64,000 bases of DNA from Hyphochytrium catenoides (Eukaryota; Protista; Hyphochytriomycota): NCBI GenBank assembly GCA_900088475.1, contig FLMG01003675.1:56028-120027 (forward strand). The letters are read 5' to 3'. How positions within the stretch are numbered: the first letter of the stretch is position 1; every line of letters begins with the position of its first letter. The notes under the pieces were generated by a model, which did not search any database, was not told where the DNA came from, and worked only from the letters and a program-made list of their open reading frames with translations. Positions 12,485 through 25,823 of this stretch are shown here, piece by piece. The translations under genes and the position numbers were made by a program.

Positions 12485-12741
12485 GGAACACTTCATTAAT
12501 AACCTAGAATCTACCTTAAACACAGTTCAGGCTCTCGCTTTTCTCGGATCTGTCTCTACTCCGATGTACTGGTGGGCAAAACGACAACGGTAGTGCCTGA
12601 TGGGCAAAAGGAAGCTTCTCTTATGCTCATAAGCGAAGGGAACAATGTGACTAATGCATTCAATTTTAGCTTTAGCCTAACCTGATCCTTGGTTCCCTCC
12701 CAGTAGCTTACCATCCCAAGGCAGTGGGATCACCACTACAT

Positions 12742-15700
12742 CTAGGCATGTTGCCTCTCCTTAATGATGGCCGCAAAGCTCAGTGGTGCAAACTTTGTTC
12801 CGTCTGCCTTATAGAATTTGTTTTGGAACTCCACCCTTTAAAAGACAACACAGAAGCAAGAAAAGGTTAGGTGAAGGCCATTGAATGAGAACAAGTTTGA
12901 GAGCAGTATATGGAAGGTTAGGCTTTGGAGGGAGCAAAGAGAAGTAGTCTTGAGGCTGCTGGGTACGTCTAAATATCGTGGCATACCAGTGTAGACGGAG
13001 CGCATGAAGGAAACACTCTAGCACATCCATGGAGAGAAGAACGCCGAACGTGATGCCCGCAAAGACCGCGAATGCAATAAACACGAAGAGAGGGTTTCCA
13101 GTATTGATGCCAGCAACCATGGCCTTCTCCCAGAATACTGTCGCGAGCTCTGCAAAATATTATAAGAGTAGATGCACGAGGGTTAAGTTTTTTGAGTAAC
13201 TTACTAACCAGCCGGAAAAGTAAGTGTAGAGCTTATCCCCAAGATGAATGGACGCAGGAGCGATCGTGACATTTAGCAAGGAAGCTGGCTGGATAAAGTA
13301 GTCAATAAAGCTCTAGAGGAACTGAGCGCCCAAAAAGTGTCATCCTCAAATCAGCAATCCATGTTCCCCCGCCGCTGGACAGGGTACCACTCAAATGTGG
13401 CGTTGGAAGGGAATCTTACCTGAGTGCGCCAGGCTGAGAGCCCACAGTCTAAGATAGGAGGCGGTATTGGAAACCATGCCCAGTACGAACTCAATTGTCT
13501 CGATGCCTTGATGGATCATCACTTCGCCGAACTCAAACTCGCCATGTCCGTGTCCATGCCCTCCCGAAGCGTGGGAAACGTCATGCTCATCCACCGCAGA
13601 GTCAACAAAGCGGCGCTTCTTCTTTGAATGCTCCCATCGCAGTAGGAAAGGCTGCGAAAGATGGAGGGCCAAGACATTGATTAGTTCATGTTGACAACCC
13701 CAAAAACGCGAGCCCGGTCAATCGGCACCTACCTTAACAAGAAGCATGACTGGGATACACAAAAAGGCAATCGTCAGCAGTCCACGCTGAAGGCGGTCCT
13801 GATTCGCGAACATGGGGTCCGCAACCTGAGGCGGAGGATCAGTATTTTAGACCTTACCGCCCCTGCCCTTCCTCCAGCTTCATCCCAACATCCCCTTATA
13901 GTCACGACATGGCACTAACTCCTTTACTCCACGGGCTTCATGCTTTGGGTTTATCTCACCCTATGTACCTCCTCGCTCATCATACTCTGAGCTCTCTTAC
14001 CTCGCCGGGAGTCAGAACAATGCTGATAAGGGTGTTGATCAGAGAGGGCGGTTGACATCCACCACCACTCACACCTCCATACTCCAGCGGACAAACCGTC
14101 TTGGTAACTCCTTCCTCTGTAACCTTATACGCCAGTCCCATCCGGTAGTTCCAGTCAACGCTCCACTTATAGAAAATCAAGAACACCATGTAGAGAAAGA
14201 GAGCAGCGTCGAACACAAGCTGCAGGGCAGTAGCGAATAGTGCGCGAACATGTGGCAGTTCAGAGCATCGGTCAGCTGAGTCAAGTTGCTCCTCTCAGAA
14301 CCGACTGTAAGTTTGTCCATACCTGCGGGAGGAAATCGAAGAAGAAGTCGTACCACTGGCGGAAATATACGGCGTTCCAGCCTTTGATGATAATGCCGAA
14401 AGTCATCTGCAGAATACCTATGATGACCGACATCTTCATCTTCATAGAGTTGAAAAATAGGAGCTGAAATCGCAAGGTGTTAGCTAGGATCGAAACAGGG
14501 ATAGTAAGGCTTAGCAGCATGGGCCACAAGAGAGGCAGAAACTGACGGTGCAGGCTACGGCCACACTTAGGAAAGAGGATAACACTAACAAACACCAGAA
14601 GAATGGCTCAAAGCTCACACCTCATTCTGAGACGTATGCCAAACTGGATCCGCTCCCACGGGATAGACATTCTGCGGGTTTGAGGCGGGTTCATATTTGG
14701 GCTTTGCCACACAGTCCTTGTGCTCGGCAAGAAGTTCGTGACAGATAACTTCTGCAGAGATCATATTATAGAAACGGAAGAGTGAACTTAGCGAAGAGAG
14801 GACATCACGTAATAGGAAAGCCCTACAATGAACTCATGGCCTGCGGCAAGACGAGACAGAGGAGACAAGCTCCTGGACGAAGAGTGGAAGGTAGTGGATT
14901 CTGAAGGCAGACCCAAGGGCCAACACGGATGGTTGTTTCTCACCTCCTTCCTCGTTGGTCGGATAGAGCCAACGAGATCCAAAAAGATTGAGACCAAGTG
15001 CAAAGCAGTCATTGTAGATCAAACCGCAATACATTGCAAATAGCCCCATAAGGGTCAGCATGTAGCGACCACCGTAGAGCATGCTCTCCATTTCCCCGAG
15101 ATTCCCCTATAAATATGGAAAAGCTGAGTCCAAGTGCACCAAAAGGTCGGGCAACCACCATAGGACACTAGTGCAAGCGTAGAATGACAGGAGTGAACAC
15201 CTATTGCACGTTCTCAGTTGCCTTGTAGGAGCTGATGTTGAACCGCTTAACCAAATCATGGACAGGACAGAGAGCACTTTGCTCCAGGGATCTGCATACA
15301 CGCACTAAAGGACACCCTCTAGCCAAGAGACGTACCGATTCCAATCTCTTCTCAGTTAGCACCAGGTAAAGCCCCTGGATGAAAAGAATGGTCCCATGAC
15401 CCATGTCTCCATACATAATACCAAAGAGGAATGGGAAAGTTACTGCAGTGAAGACTGCAGGGTTAATCTCACGGTAGCGAGGTACACCGTAAGTGTCAAC
15501 AAAGTCCTGGAAGACTTGCGTAAACTTGTTCGTCTGGAAGTGCGTCGGGGCTACGGGCCAAGGTTTGGGGAGCTTCAAGGAACAAGCATCGCGGAAAGAC
15601 GCAAATGTTACAAGAGGCAGAGACATCATTATGGCAACGAGCGAGCGAAACGAAACAGAGTGCCATGAGACACTAGGTTTATTGCACTGAAACGGATGGC

Positions 15701-17579
15701 AGGATAGCCGCACTGAAAAGAGAGATAGACAGCAATGTGTGCAAGGTAGTCATGTGACCGAGCGTTCGAGGACCAAGAATTGAGCGGAAGAGGTGCGGGT
15801 ACCTGGTCCACCAAAGAAGGCATAGACTTATCCGTTGTACTGTGAGCCTTAGAAACCTCGTAGCGCACGTCGTTGAGAGCTGACTTGATGACCCAGCCTT
15901 CACCACGAAGCATCCCGCTGACATCAGCCTTTAGCATATTAAGGGTGTGATATGTAGCCTTCTCTTGGATCACTGTCCACCGCCAATTCTCAAGGTTCTG
16001 AAGGGTTCCAAGAAGAGAGAAGCGAAAGCGGTTAGCTCATGCCACAAGGAAGTACAGTACAAGAGGTTGTTATACAGCTAAGGGAGACGGAGTTGCAGCA
16101 CTGATGCGTTCTATCACCTGAGCAATCTCTCTGCACAGAAGAACGCAGCTCTCTCGGTTTTTTCTTAAGATATGGGATGCCTGGCCCAGCTCGACGTTGT
16201 TATTCTGGATTAGACTTTCGATCTCCGCGCGGTTGTCAATGTCAGGAACAGTGTAAATGCGAGCCTTGAAGGCGTCACAGATCTTCCTAAGCTTAGTCTC
16301 TATCGCCGAAGACTTGTAGAATATGATAAAAATGTCGATCTGCTGCTTCTGGTTGGTCTAAAATGGCTAAACGTCAGGCGACAGCTATGACGAAGATTGC
16401 AAAGAAAGAAGCTAGAGAAGCCAAATGCCCGAAAGACGATCAGAACACGGCTCGAAAATGTCCATCGGCACACCATGGTATAGACCTAGGTCGCACGGAA
16501 AGAGGCTAGATAGTCAACATGGGGGTATATAAGGAATCATACTGTTATGAGCAAATGAAGGATAAGGAATCCATGATCATCTGAATCTTCAACAAGCTTG
16601 TCTCAACGTATGCTACTCACCGTAGGATCTACAATAGGCTCCAACACCTCTGCAAACCTGACGTAGCAGTTGCCCCTTGTGGCTCTGAAAACCATCCTTT
16701 CAAAGCGCACTCTCTCCTCTGCCGCGATAGCACCCATCAAGTTGGAAAAGCGCATTTGTTCCCGTCGCTCAGCATCTGATACGCCCTTGGAGTCCTCTTC
16801 ATCATCCAGCAGACGAGTCCGGACAGCACCACTTGGAGATATCTCCGCAGGGACTGCTAAAGAGATACCATTGGAACTGGTCAAAAACTAGCCAAAAGAT
16901 GGAGAGGTTGCTAGAATAGAGCTGCAAAAGAAGTCCCACGATAAGGAAGTTTGTTTTTACTGCTCCAGCTAGAATACCTTCAGAGCTCATAAAGTCTAAC
17001 GCCTTCGCTAGGACTTCTTGATATTCTTTCTTCTCATTGTACTCGCGGGTGAGCTTTTCATGGAAAGAATCGAGCTGCAGTAGCTCGGTCTCTTTGTCCT
17101 CGAGCATGTGCTCCAGAGTTTCAAGGTACGTGTTTGCGGAGCTCTGACCGCCGCGAAGATCACTCGACTGCTTGACAAAGTTCTCCACTGTACCAGCATT
17201 CTGACAGTGCCAGATGCGCAATGCGCAATAGGGACTCAGTCTACTTGTAGCGCCTTTTGATCACTGACAAAAGATACCTGAACTTTGATGTTGAACTTCT
17301 GGACTTCAGACGTGAAATAGCGGATCTTTCTCTCCAGCTCGTCGCAGCGCTTGATGTTACTAACATATCTTCGCTGGAAGGGAGTTAGCTCCTCGTTAAG
17401 CTGGCAGGTAATCCTTATTAGTGAGCACATAGTCAGTCGGTACGAAAAGGAGCTAAGACGCTTACATCCTTGAACTGAATCACCCCGAGCAAGCCAAGCC
17501 GTTGGATGCAGTTGTGAGCTACATCTTCATTCACGATAAGGGAGACGTACTCCATCTCCTCTGATCGTAGCCACTTCAT
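12742..17579 (-). CDS. ATP6V0A: V-type H+-ATPase V0 subunit a (Vph1/ATP6V0A), multi-exon
   Basis: [14 protein letters not shown] start, [113 protein letters not shown]; TAG at 12742-12744. Confidence 0.97.
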
Positions 17580-18825
17580 CTTGGCTGCTGCAGGAAAGAG
17601 AGGCAACTATGTCGATCGACTATCCGAATCCACTCAGCGAGACTGAGCAAACCTAGTATCCTCGTCTTCTCACTCGGCCCGATCGAAGCACTAGAGTCCT
17701 CTACTTTCTGGTTGAGACAGTCTAGCCTACGGACCGGCCGAGAAGTGGTTGAAGATGCCCAGTGCAACGCGAGCGGGGCAAGGGATAAAAGGACTGTGAG
17801 AGAGCTCTGGCAGTGAATTAGAGTCTCGAGCTGAGCTTTTTCTGCCGCATCTTTGGCGAAACTTCATCATCTCTTCTCTCTCTGTCTCTCGTTTCGTATG
17901 TTTTTAGTCTACTTCATTTCCTCTCTTCCGTTCTCTGTCTCCTGTGCTTAGGCTTCACTGTTACTTTGTTGTCATCGGATGCTTTCCTTCATACTCTGTC
18001 TCTCTTCAAGCGATAACCACACTTCACACCTTTGTATTACTACGGCGCTAAGATGATTATATGTAGTGACTTAGCATGTCTTCCCGGGGGTTACTACTAT
18101 GATAGCCGTTCTATTTCGTCTCTCTGGCAATAGCACAACACATGGTTCTCCCAGAGCTCCTCCAGGTGTTCTCTAGACTTTTTGACAAGACCCTCATTTC
18201 GTACAATTGGTTCTGGCGTCTCTCCCCCGGGTATGTGAAGGTACCATCACTATGAAGCTCTGCAGACAGTCGCCCCTGCACTCCTAAGACGACGAGGCCA
18301 ACCCTACTCGAAAGGAAACTCCTCAACGTCCGTTGCTGGTGAGGATGGAAGGGAACGCAGGCAAAGGAAGAAAGAGCAAAGCAGTCCACACACATCACAT
18401 GCCCTGGCCGCTCACCTGTGCCTGCCTGCCCGCCCGCCCGCCACCTCTTCACCAGCTTACACCGCAGCCTCCACAGCCTGATAAAGCACTTCCTCTCATA
18501 GCAGTACTGAGCAAAGGGCAAGTCTTTCCTTGACCCTTGTGGCTTCTTTGATTCTGCGAGTGCTACATCGGAGTACAACGATAATCAAAGATCTCTTTTT
18601 AGAACGGAAGAAGCATCGGCAAGGCTGCGGGTTCCTCAAAGGCCATACTTGTACAGTGCTAGAGCAGGCACTTACGAGGGCGTAGAGATCTTTCTTTTAT
18701 TCTGGGAGAGCAGGAAGCTTTGTCTTTCGCTTCGGACGGAGCTCATCAAAGCTACCTGTGATAGGTTGAGAAGTGAGACTGCCAACTAGCCGACACGCAG
18801 AACGGTCTCAAAGTCTTTAGACATA

Positions 18826-20020
18826 ATGGAAGGGTTTTCCAAGTTCTTCAAGCCCTTTTATGCGGTACACCTTGCCTGTGTCTGCTCATACATCCCAGTT
18901 CGATTGGCACTTATGAAGAACCACTCCCTTCTACTGGAGCCGTACATAGATAAGGTAATGCCTTCATTTTGTACATCGTAGCACGATCGCCCTCCGCGGT
19001 GCATCCGCTTATTGCTCTGTCTTTGACTATCGGTACTTCTTCCGTCTTTGTACCACTAGGAGTATACACTGTGTATTATGGCAGGCATTGCTTTACTGTT
19101 CAAATTCAAGCAGTCCACTACGTGGGAGGGGTTTATCCATAAGCTCCTCTGGTATCTGAAAGCCATGGTGCTAGGGAGCCTCTGGTATGTAGATCGGAGA
19201 GTAATGACCTGGTATATAATCCTTTTCGCTGGTGAGTCCTGCAACCTGTTTGCTTTCACCCCACGCTCTCCTCAACCTCTTCACCGCTGCTTGGTCACCT
19301 TCACAGCCGCACACATACTCTTTCCCACCCCAAAATACACGGGCAAGGAAAACACGATATCCCTCACGCCCATAGACTTCAAGTGGACGGCCATCAATGG
19401 CACAAAAGCTAATGGTGGGCGCCTCCTGGCCTACTTCTACGCAGACTGGTGCAGTGCCTGTGTTGATTATGACAGCCAGTTTGCTGAGTTGTCGATGGAG
19501 TTTGGAAGCCCTGACTTGAAATTTGCCAAGGTACAGTTCGCTCTATGTGACAGTGGTTCCTTACAGCCATGTCCATTCTCCTCCGTTGTTATCGTGTGCG
19601 TCACCTCTGGATCAAAGAATTATGCGGCTTCAGACTTCGGGTTGGGTCCCACATATTGCCTTCGCACTGCAGGTTGACGCGTCGCATTTTCCGGAGCTTG
19701 CCAAGCAGTACGACATAGACACTTCTGCCACGACGAAGCAACTCCCTACCTTGCTCATGTTTGAGGATGGGAAGCTTGTTTCAAGGCTTCCAGCTTTCAA
19801 GAATGGAAAGGTTGTTTCTTGTGTGCTCGATAAGGTGCGGATTATGCGCCCCCTTCCTTCCCCCCTCCTGGCTCTCTTTCCGTCTCTGATCAACTTCTGC
19901 TTCTGCCATCTTATCCCACAATTCTTGTTGGACGACGTGCCCTCATTGCTGCTAACGAATCCATTCGTGCAGAAAGGAGTGGTTAAATTTTTCGACTTGG
20001 GGAAAGGCAGAGCCGCTTAG
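18826..20020 (+). CDS. TMX2: Thioredoxin-related transmembrane protein (TMX2-like), 5 exons
   Basis: N-terminal TM helices, then PKYTGKENTISL, LAYFYADWCSAC, FAELSMEFGSPDLKFAKVDASHFPELAKQYDIDTSATTKQLPTLLMFEDGKLVSRLP, typical of the TMX2 family; GT-AG introns. Confidence 0.85.
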
Positions 20021-20111
20021 CTGCAGGAAAGCGAGCCCTAGACCGGAAGCTCAATAAGTGAACTCATAATTTATATATGTGGCTCTCAGCCATTAGAGGG
20101 CACAACACCTT

Positions 20112-21872
20112 TTAGAGCCACTTTTGATTGCGATTAACAAGGAACGAGGCCTTGGCCTTCGCTGCATCGCTCATGGAATATGAGGCTGACAAAAGATAGA
20201 GTAGGAATAAGGGAGGAGATGCGCATAAGCCCAAGGTCATAGTCATTGCTAGGCCTAGGGTAGTAACATACCTGGTCCTGGTCCTTCGCGGACCGCGGAG
20301 AATTCTCTTTGAGTTGAAGACCTAAATGCAGCGCTGGGCTTGCTATCTGTCCTAGTCTGAGTCCCATCATTATCATACCATCCGGGACCTGTGCATGCAA
20401 AGTCAGGGACTTGCCAGTAGGTGACTTAGGCAGTTAAAAGCGAAGAGACACATGCGAGGTCCTTAATTTGAGGGACTGGTTGCTTGGTTACCTGGTAAGT
20501 CCTCTGCCACCTTAGGTTTTGGCTTGGAGGCATGAAGGTGAGAGAACTGCGGCACGCGCCTTTCCTTTCCTGGTGCTGGGCTGCGAGGAGTAAGGGAATA
20601 CTTCCCAGGCCCAGGAGCCTAATCGACTATAATAAGTCTCAGTCTACGCTTTGCAACGGCCAGATACGCTCACCTCAGAGTGAATGACGAGATCCGTCTT
20701 CCTTAGGGTTCTTGATCTAAAAACTGCGGCCGCAGTGCTGCCGTGATGGGCCAACAGTGTCTCCGATGCCTGGGCAACCTCGTACGTTCCTGAGGAGCTT
20801 TTTAGTACTTCTGTACTGTGATAACAGCGCCAACAAAAGGATCACCTGGGGCTGGAGTATCGCTGAGCTGTAAGGGTATTCTAGTGCTCGAAGACTTGAA
20901 AGCCGCGGATGGAAGGTTGTGCTCTTCCTTCCGAACACCTATGTCATACGCTCCGGGCCCTGGAACGTTATCCTCAGTGTTCCTTGTTGCAGTCTACAGA
21001 AGAGATTCCTGGCTCAGGACTCGCAAGGTGGATTGTGACAGCAATACGAGCATCACCAAAACTTACCACGGTGGATGCAAAGACTGAGGCATGGCCGGCT
21101 CCACTGGAAGGTCTATTTGCCCTGTCGAAGCGGTGAGCTTCATCAATCCACGCGACAACCACTTTGTAGGGCACTTACCGTTCCGGATCGTACTCACCAG
21201 GCCCAGGAGTCGATGTGACTTCTGCTTCGACGAATCGGTCAACCTAAGGAGCTATCCTAAGCTTTACCACTCACCATAACAACCAACTAAAATGAGTCGT
21301 CCTCACCTTTGATATGAAGCCTTCCCCATAACCTTGTTTCGAGAGAGAGGGATTCTTCTTTAGGTTTCCAGCGTGAGAGATGTTCCTATGGTGAGAGCCG
21401 GGCCCGGGAAGAAAATTCTGAAGCCGCGAGGACGATTGCAACTTAGTAAGGGAGGTATACTACTTGAGACTAACATTGGGGTACCTCGCTGTGGACAAAC
21501 CGTTGATCTCTAGAGCCGAAGCCGGCTTTCTCCTTCTCCTTTACGACGACAGTGCCATAGTACTTCGAAGGAATAGAAGGAGGGATCCTCTGGGAGGAGC
21601 ACGTCGGCAGAGCAGAAGCAGAAGAGGCAAAGCTTAGATAAAACAGGCTTCCACGTTAGATTACAAAGCTTGGCTTACGACGGGCTGAGGACCAGGCTGT
21701 GCCTCTGGAGCTGTGAATCGAAGAGAGCATACAAGCGATTAGTTCTTCTTTATAAAGAGCTTCATTAGCAACTATCACCCGTCTCACCCTTTGCTTTAGG
21801 AAAAGGTCCCTTGTTTGTTCCGATTTGGCGGTAAGAAGACCTTGCCGAGAGCAAGGCGCCCTCCTCCTCCAT
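20112..21872 (-). CDS. STPG1: Sperm-tail PG-rich (SHIPPO/STPGR) repeat protein, STPG1-like; ~10 short exons, missed by the ORF track
   Basis: Manual splicing gives MEEEGALL...RIPPSIPSKYYGTVVVKEKEKAGFGSRDQRF, then repeats PGPGSH, PGPGEYD, PGPGAYD, PAPGTYE, PGPGKYS, PGPGWYD and PGPASYS, with intervening SAAFKSSSTR/SAAFRSSTQR motifs. C-terminus SFLVNRNQKWL* (TAA 20112-20114). Confidence 0.85.
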
Positions 21873-22754
21873 TGTTTCAATGCCCACATGAAAGAGCTCA
21901 AGCCAAAGTATGCACCATGGCAAGGTACTAACAATCTTCACATTGCCGCTTCCCCAGCAGATCCAAACATAAAATCGCGCTCTTCTTGCTCTCGCTCACT
22001 ATTGGACGACAGCCTAGCGCTGAGCGCCAGCCGAGGTGGGGCGTGAATGAGCCTGCCAGCATTCTCCTGCAACACTTTCTGTGGCAGCCGCACTCGAACT
22101 CCAAGGACTGTAACGCCCAAGAGTAGCCGCTAACGAGCCAAAAGGCCCCCAAAGGTTACAGGTGGCGCTGGTGTCTCATGACTGCTGACGTCTGACGCCA
22201 TCGAGACGCAATGACATTGCAGGAGCAATGAAGGGAGAGACAGCATGGCGCTGGCGGGCAATGCACCATGCACATAGACCTTTCCAGACTCCATAGAGCA
22301 CGTGGCTTGGATTAGCTACGGCCCAATTAAAGACGAAAACACGACCAGAAGAGGAACAGGGAAGAGTAGAGATGGGGGACACCCCACGTCGATTGCTGTC
22401 GAGGGTTGATAGCAGACAGGAAGTTATCAAGCAGACTAGGCCCATGTGTCGCCTTAGCGTTATGATGTCATATCTGCGTGACTGTTCTCTAAGAGATCTA
22501 TTGTAAAGCGCCATTCTTTCTGCTATGAATAGCTAGACGTTGCTTGGAGAAGAAGACCTATGTACATGGAGCGCGATAGCAGCTCTTAAATGTGGCCATT
22601 GCGGTACATACCTCTCCTGCTGGCGTCGTCGGATAGCTTCTAACTACCATCAACCTAAATAGGGAAGCCTGTTGCTATCGTCATTTTGACACTCGCTTGG
22701 TCAGTAGTTCAAGGCTTGTAGCTCAAGGGATCAGCGCTGCCTTGCGTCGATTTT

Positions 22755-24987
22755 CTAGAGACTCCCAAGATTATTCTTCATACTATGAATCTCTGGAAGA
22801 GCGAAGCTGTCGTCCTTGTCTAATCTCAGTAGATCAGGCTTGACAGATGACTTGGGAGAGGCGAGTCCCATGCTCGGTAGGGAGGGTAAGGATAAAGCTG
22901 GGAACACAGCAATAGGTGAGTCTTGGAGGAGTTGAAGAAGTTCGTGCTCCGGCAACAGCGTGCTTTGCTGCTCATAGGTGGGTCCTTCTTTCTCGGCCCG
23001 TTCTGTACCTTTGACGCCTGACCTGTCAGTGTACGTGCGTCGTGAGAACTCCAGGAGCAGTTAAAGAGCGGTAAGTCTCGTACCTTATATGGCCAAGAAG
23101 AATGTCCAAGACGCTGCATCCATGGAGCTTGTTCAGTCTTGCCTGCTTCTGGACCTCGCTAACACATTCGAAGAGCCAGAAGAGCAGAAAAGTGCATAAC
23201 GAGCGCAGTATTTGGTTGTTTGGATGGCTGGTGCTCAGAAGTTGCACTATCACTTTGACATTCTCCTCCTGGTCTAATAAGGTTCCGATGGTATGGCCTG
23301 CCCGGACCGCATCTCCCAGAACTATGCAAATGGACTCGGTAATGAAGAGATCCTCGTGAGGCATCAGCCTGAGAAAGCCTAGTAAGACAGAAAGTTCGGT
23401 GGATATTACGCTTCCTTCAGGCGACTCCAGTTCTGGAAGTTTCTCTGCTTCTCCAGGTTTCCCAGACGTCAGATTCTCGATATTATGTGCTGCTTGCGCT
23501 GACTCTTCCATCTGTCTTTGAAGGAGATCCTGGTCTTCCTCATCATCACTATCTCCTTCCTCTACATGTACGACACTATCCCCTAGAACTTTGTCAAGCT
23601 CAGAAAGGTCAACGGGGCTTGGTTTCTTCTCTATTTGGCTAGATTCTTGGGGTGGAGCCGCTCCCGCCGATTTCCCCTTTCGGAAAGTCTTGATCCTACC
23701 CATGCTTCTGCGGGCTAAGTAGTTGTTCATCAAGCACTTCTGTTGGTCCTCTACTACGTAGTCCGACGGTAGGAGAAGTTTCAACGCTGCAAGAGCATTA
23801 TAGAACAGCCGGTGTGCACGAGTGGGAGGGTGTCTTCGAATTGCCCGAAGTTCCACAGCGAGAATTCTGTTTCCATCGTTTGCCCTGGAAGCTTCCTCCG
23901 TTGGAGCTACAGATAAATATTTCCATAAAAGGCGGGATGCAGTTGTCTGAAGTCCGAGGTGGTCGTTGTGTCTGTCCATTGTCTGTATAACCTGAGAGAT
24001 CCCCTCCTTTGCACCAAATGCCCAGACGCACTCAGGAAGGACAAATAGATGCAGGAGGGAGGCGCACGCCTCTTCTTGAAGCTTCACATATTGCTTGTAT
24101 GTCTCCATTGTCCTTAGAAGGAGGTGTACAATCGCCTTCTGTGACCCTTCTTCTACAAGAGCAAGCAGGCGCTTGCGTATAGAGAGCTGCTCGGTCAACT
24201 GCTTGTCCTGTGCTGTCCACAGATCCAGAGACCTCTTCAATCTCTCATTTTTGCTAATTACATACCGTGCGTTTTCTATTTTGTCACGCCGAGCCCTGCT
24301 AGCTAACAGCTCCTTCTTCTCTCCGTTTTGACTTATGCAAGAAGCTAGAGCCTGCTCGCCAACGTCGATGTCCCTACATATGCCGGTGATAAGCCTTCGA
24401 TGCTCGTTTTCAACCTGCAGCTGTCTATAATTCACGCTCCTCAGGTAATCTTTGTTAGTGGCCAGCTGCACCTTCAGATCTTCTACTAACTCGATGTGAT
24501 CTCGAGCAAAGTTTCGCTCCTTCCATTTTAATTCTTTGACTTCCTTCGCCACATTGGTTGCTTCTCTCTCAAGGCAATCAATTTCGTGCTGAAGCTTGAT
24601 CATCACATGCTGAGCATTCTCATCAGACTCCATGACTGACAACAAGTCATTGTCCAGCTCGGGAGGTGGCAGATCTTGGACAGCAGGAGCTTGCGTGGCT
24701 GCACGAGCAGGAGAAACGGTAAACTCCTCAGGGCTTGGTTTCAGTACGAGTGTCATCTCCTTGTCCTCTTTGACCGGTGTGCCTAGAACCTCCTTTGTCC
24801 CTTCGCTGGCAATTATCACTGGTGATTGATTCGACCCTATTGGTACCAAGATGTTTGGTTGCAGGTCAAAGGGGACATTGACTGTATGCGGAGCTGTTGG
24901 AGTGGCAGCTTTAGAAACTTGTTCCTGCTGACCGGGATGGACTAAAGGTCCGAGCGCGTCATCTTTCTTCTGATCAAAGGATTCCAT
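22755..24987 (-). CDS. Coiled-coil plus armadillo-repeat protein of unknown function, 2 exons
   Basis: 653-aa ORF with a long heptad region and ARM-like repeats (LLRTMETYKQYVKLQEEACASL; IQTMDRHNDHLGLQTTASRLLW; RAIRRHP). GT-AG intron 23083-23023 joins in frame to the ...LPEHELLQLLQ...NLGSL* exon. Confidence 0.75.
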
Positions 24988-25266
24988 ATCTAAGTGGGCT
25001 ATAAAGAGGGAGGACCCAGGCGATGCAGCACGAACAGCTTATGCTTGAGAGAGTCCGCCCAGTGGCCACCTAGCGGCCGGCCCCTTCACATTAGGCTCCA
25101 AAGCATCTCGACACAGAGTACTATCTTCTTCCTGTCCCTCCTATTTGGCGACGGTAGACGGCATGGGAAGGAGAGACCAGCCTGCCCGGATGCGGGTGCC
25201 CGCATTCACATTCGGCAGAACGCAGCACAATAGCACCATTGTGAAATGGTCAGATCAGTGCAGCAA

Positions 25267-25305
25267 GAGAAAGAGAGAGAGAGAAAGGGAGAGAGAGAGT
25301 GAGAG
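25267..25305. repeat. Imperfect (GA)n microsatellite in the divergent intergenic region
   Basis: agaaagagagagagagaaagggagagagagagtgagagg. Confidence 0.7.
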
Positions 25306-25823
25306 GAAATCGTACGACTTGGGGTGACTGGAAGGCCTCTGGTGGCAAGTGAAGGCGGAGGGTGCATCTAACATGTCGTTTGACTGAAAAGACTGTCATC
25401 CTCAACACCCTCTAGTCCTCCTCCGAAGCCTGCGATCGGACTGCTGCTCTTCCATCAGCAGGAACTCGCTTCTATCAGCGGAATTCTGTAACCTACAAAC
25501 CTTGCCAGTACCGGCTGCTGGCGTATAACCGCTAACGCCCAATAGCGAAAGGAAAGAACGAAACTTCGAATCATCACCCTTCGTCGTCTCTCCCATCAAC
25601 CTCATCGTGGGTCCGGCTGCCACGGCTTCTCTACGCGCAGGCCACATGCCGTACACTGCAGACCAAAGAGACAGACAGATCAGCTCCGGCTAGAACCACG
25701 ACTGACGTGGCTGACAGGCCAATGTTGTTGGCCATGATTTAAGGCGTCAGAGACCGTAAGTTCACCTGGCTTTGGGGTCGATAGCCGTCCGCAATCTGGC
25801 TTTCATACAGCCGACAAGGTACA

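Noticed and set aside
17268-17277. V-ATPase intron donor GTATCTTTTG resembling a GT-AG U12 donor
   Set aside because: It mismatches RTATCCTT and there is no CCTTAAC branch site near the acceptor; treated as U2-type.
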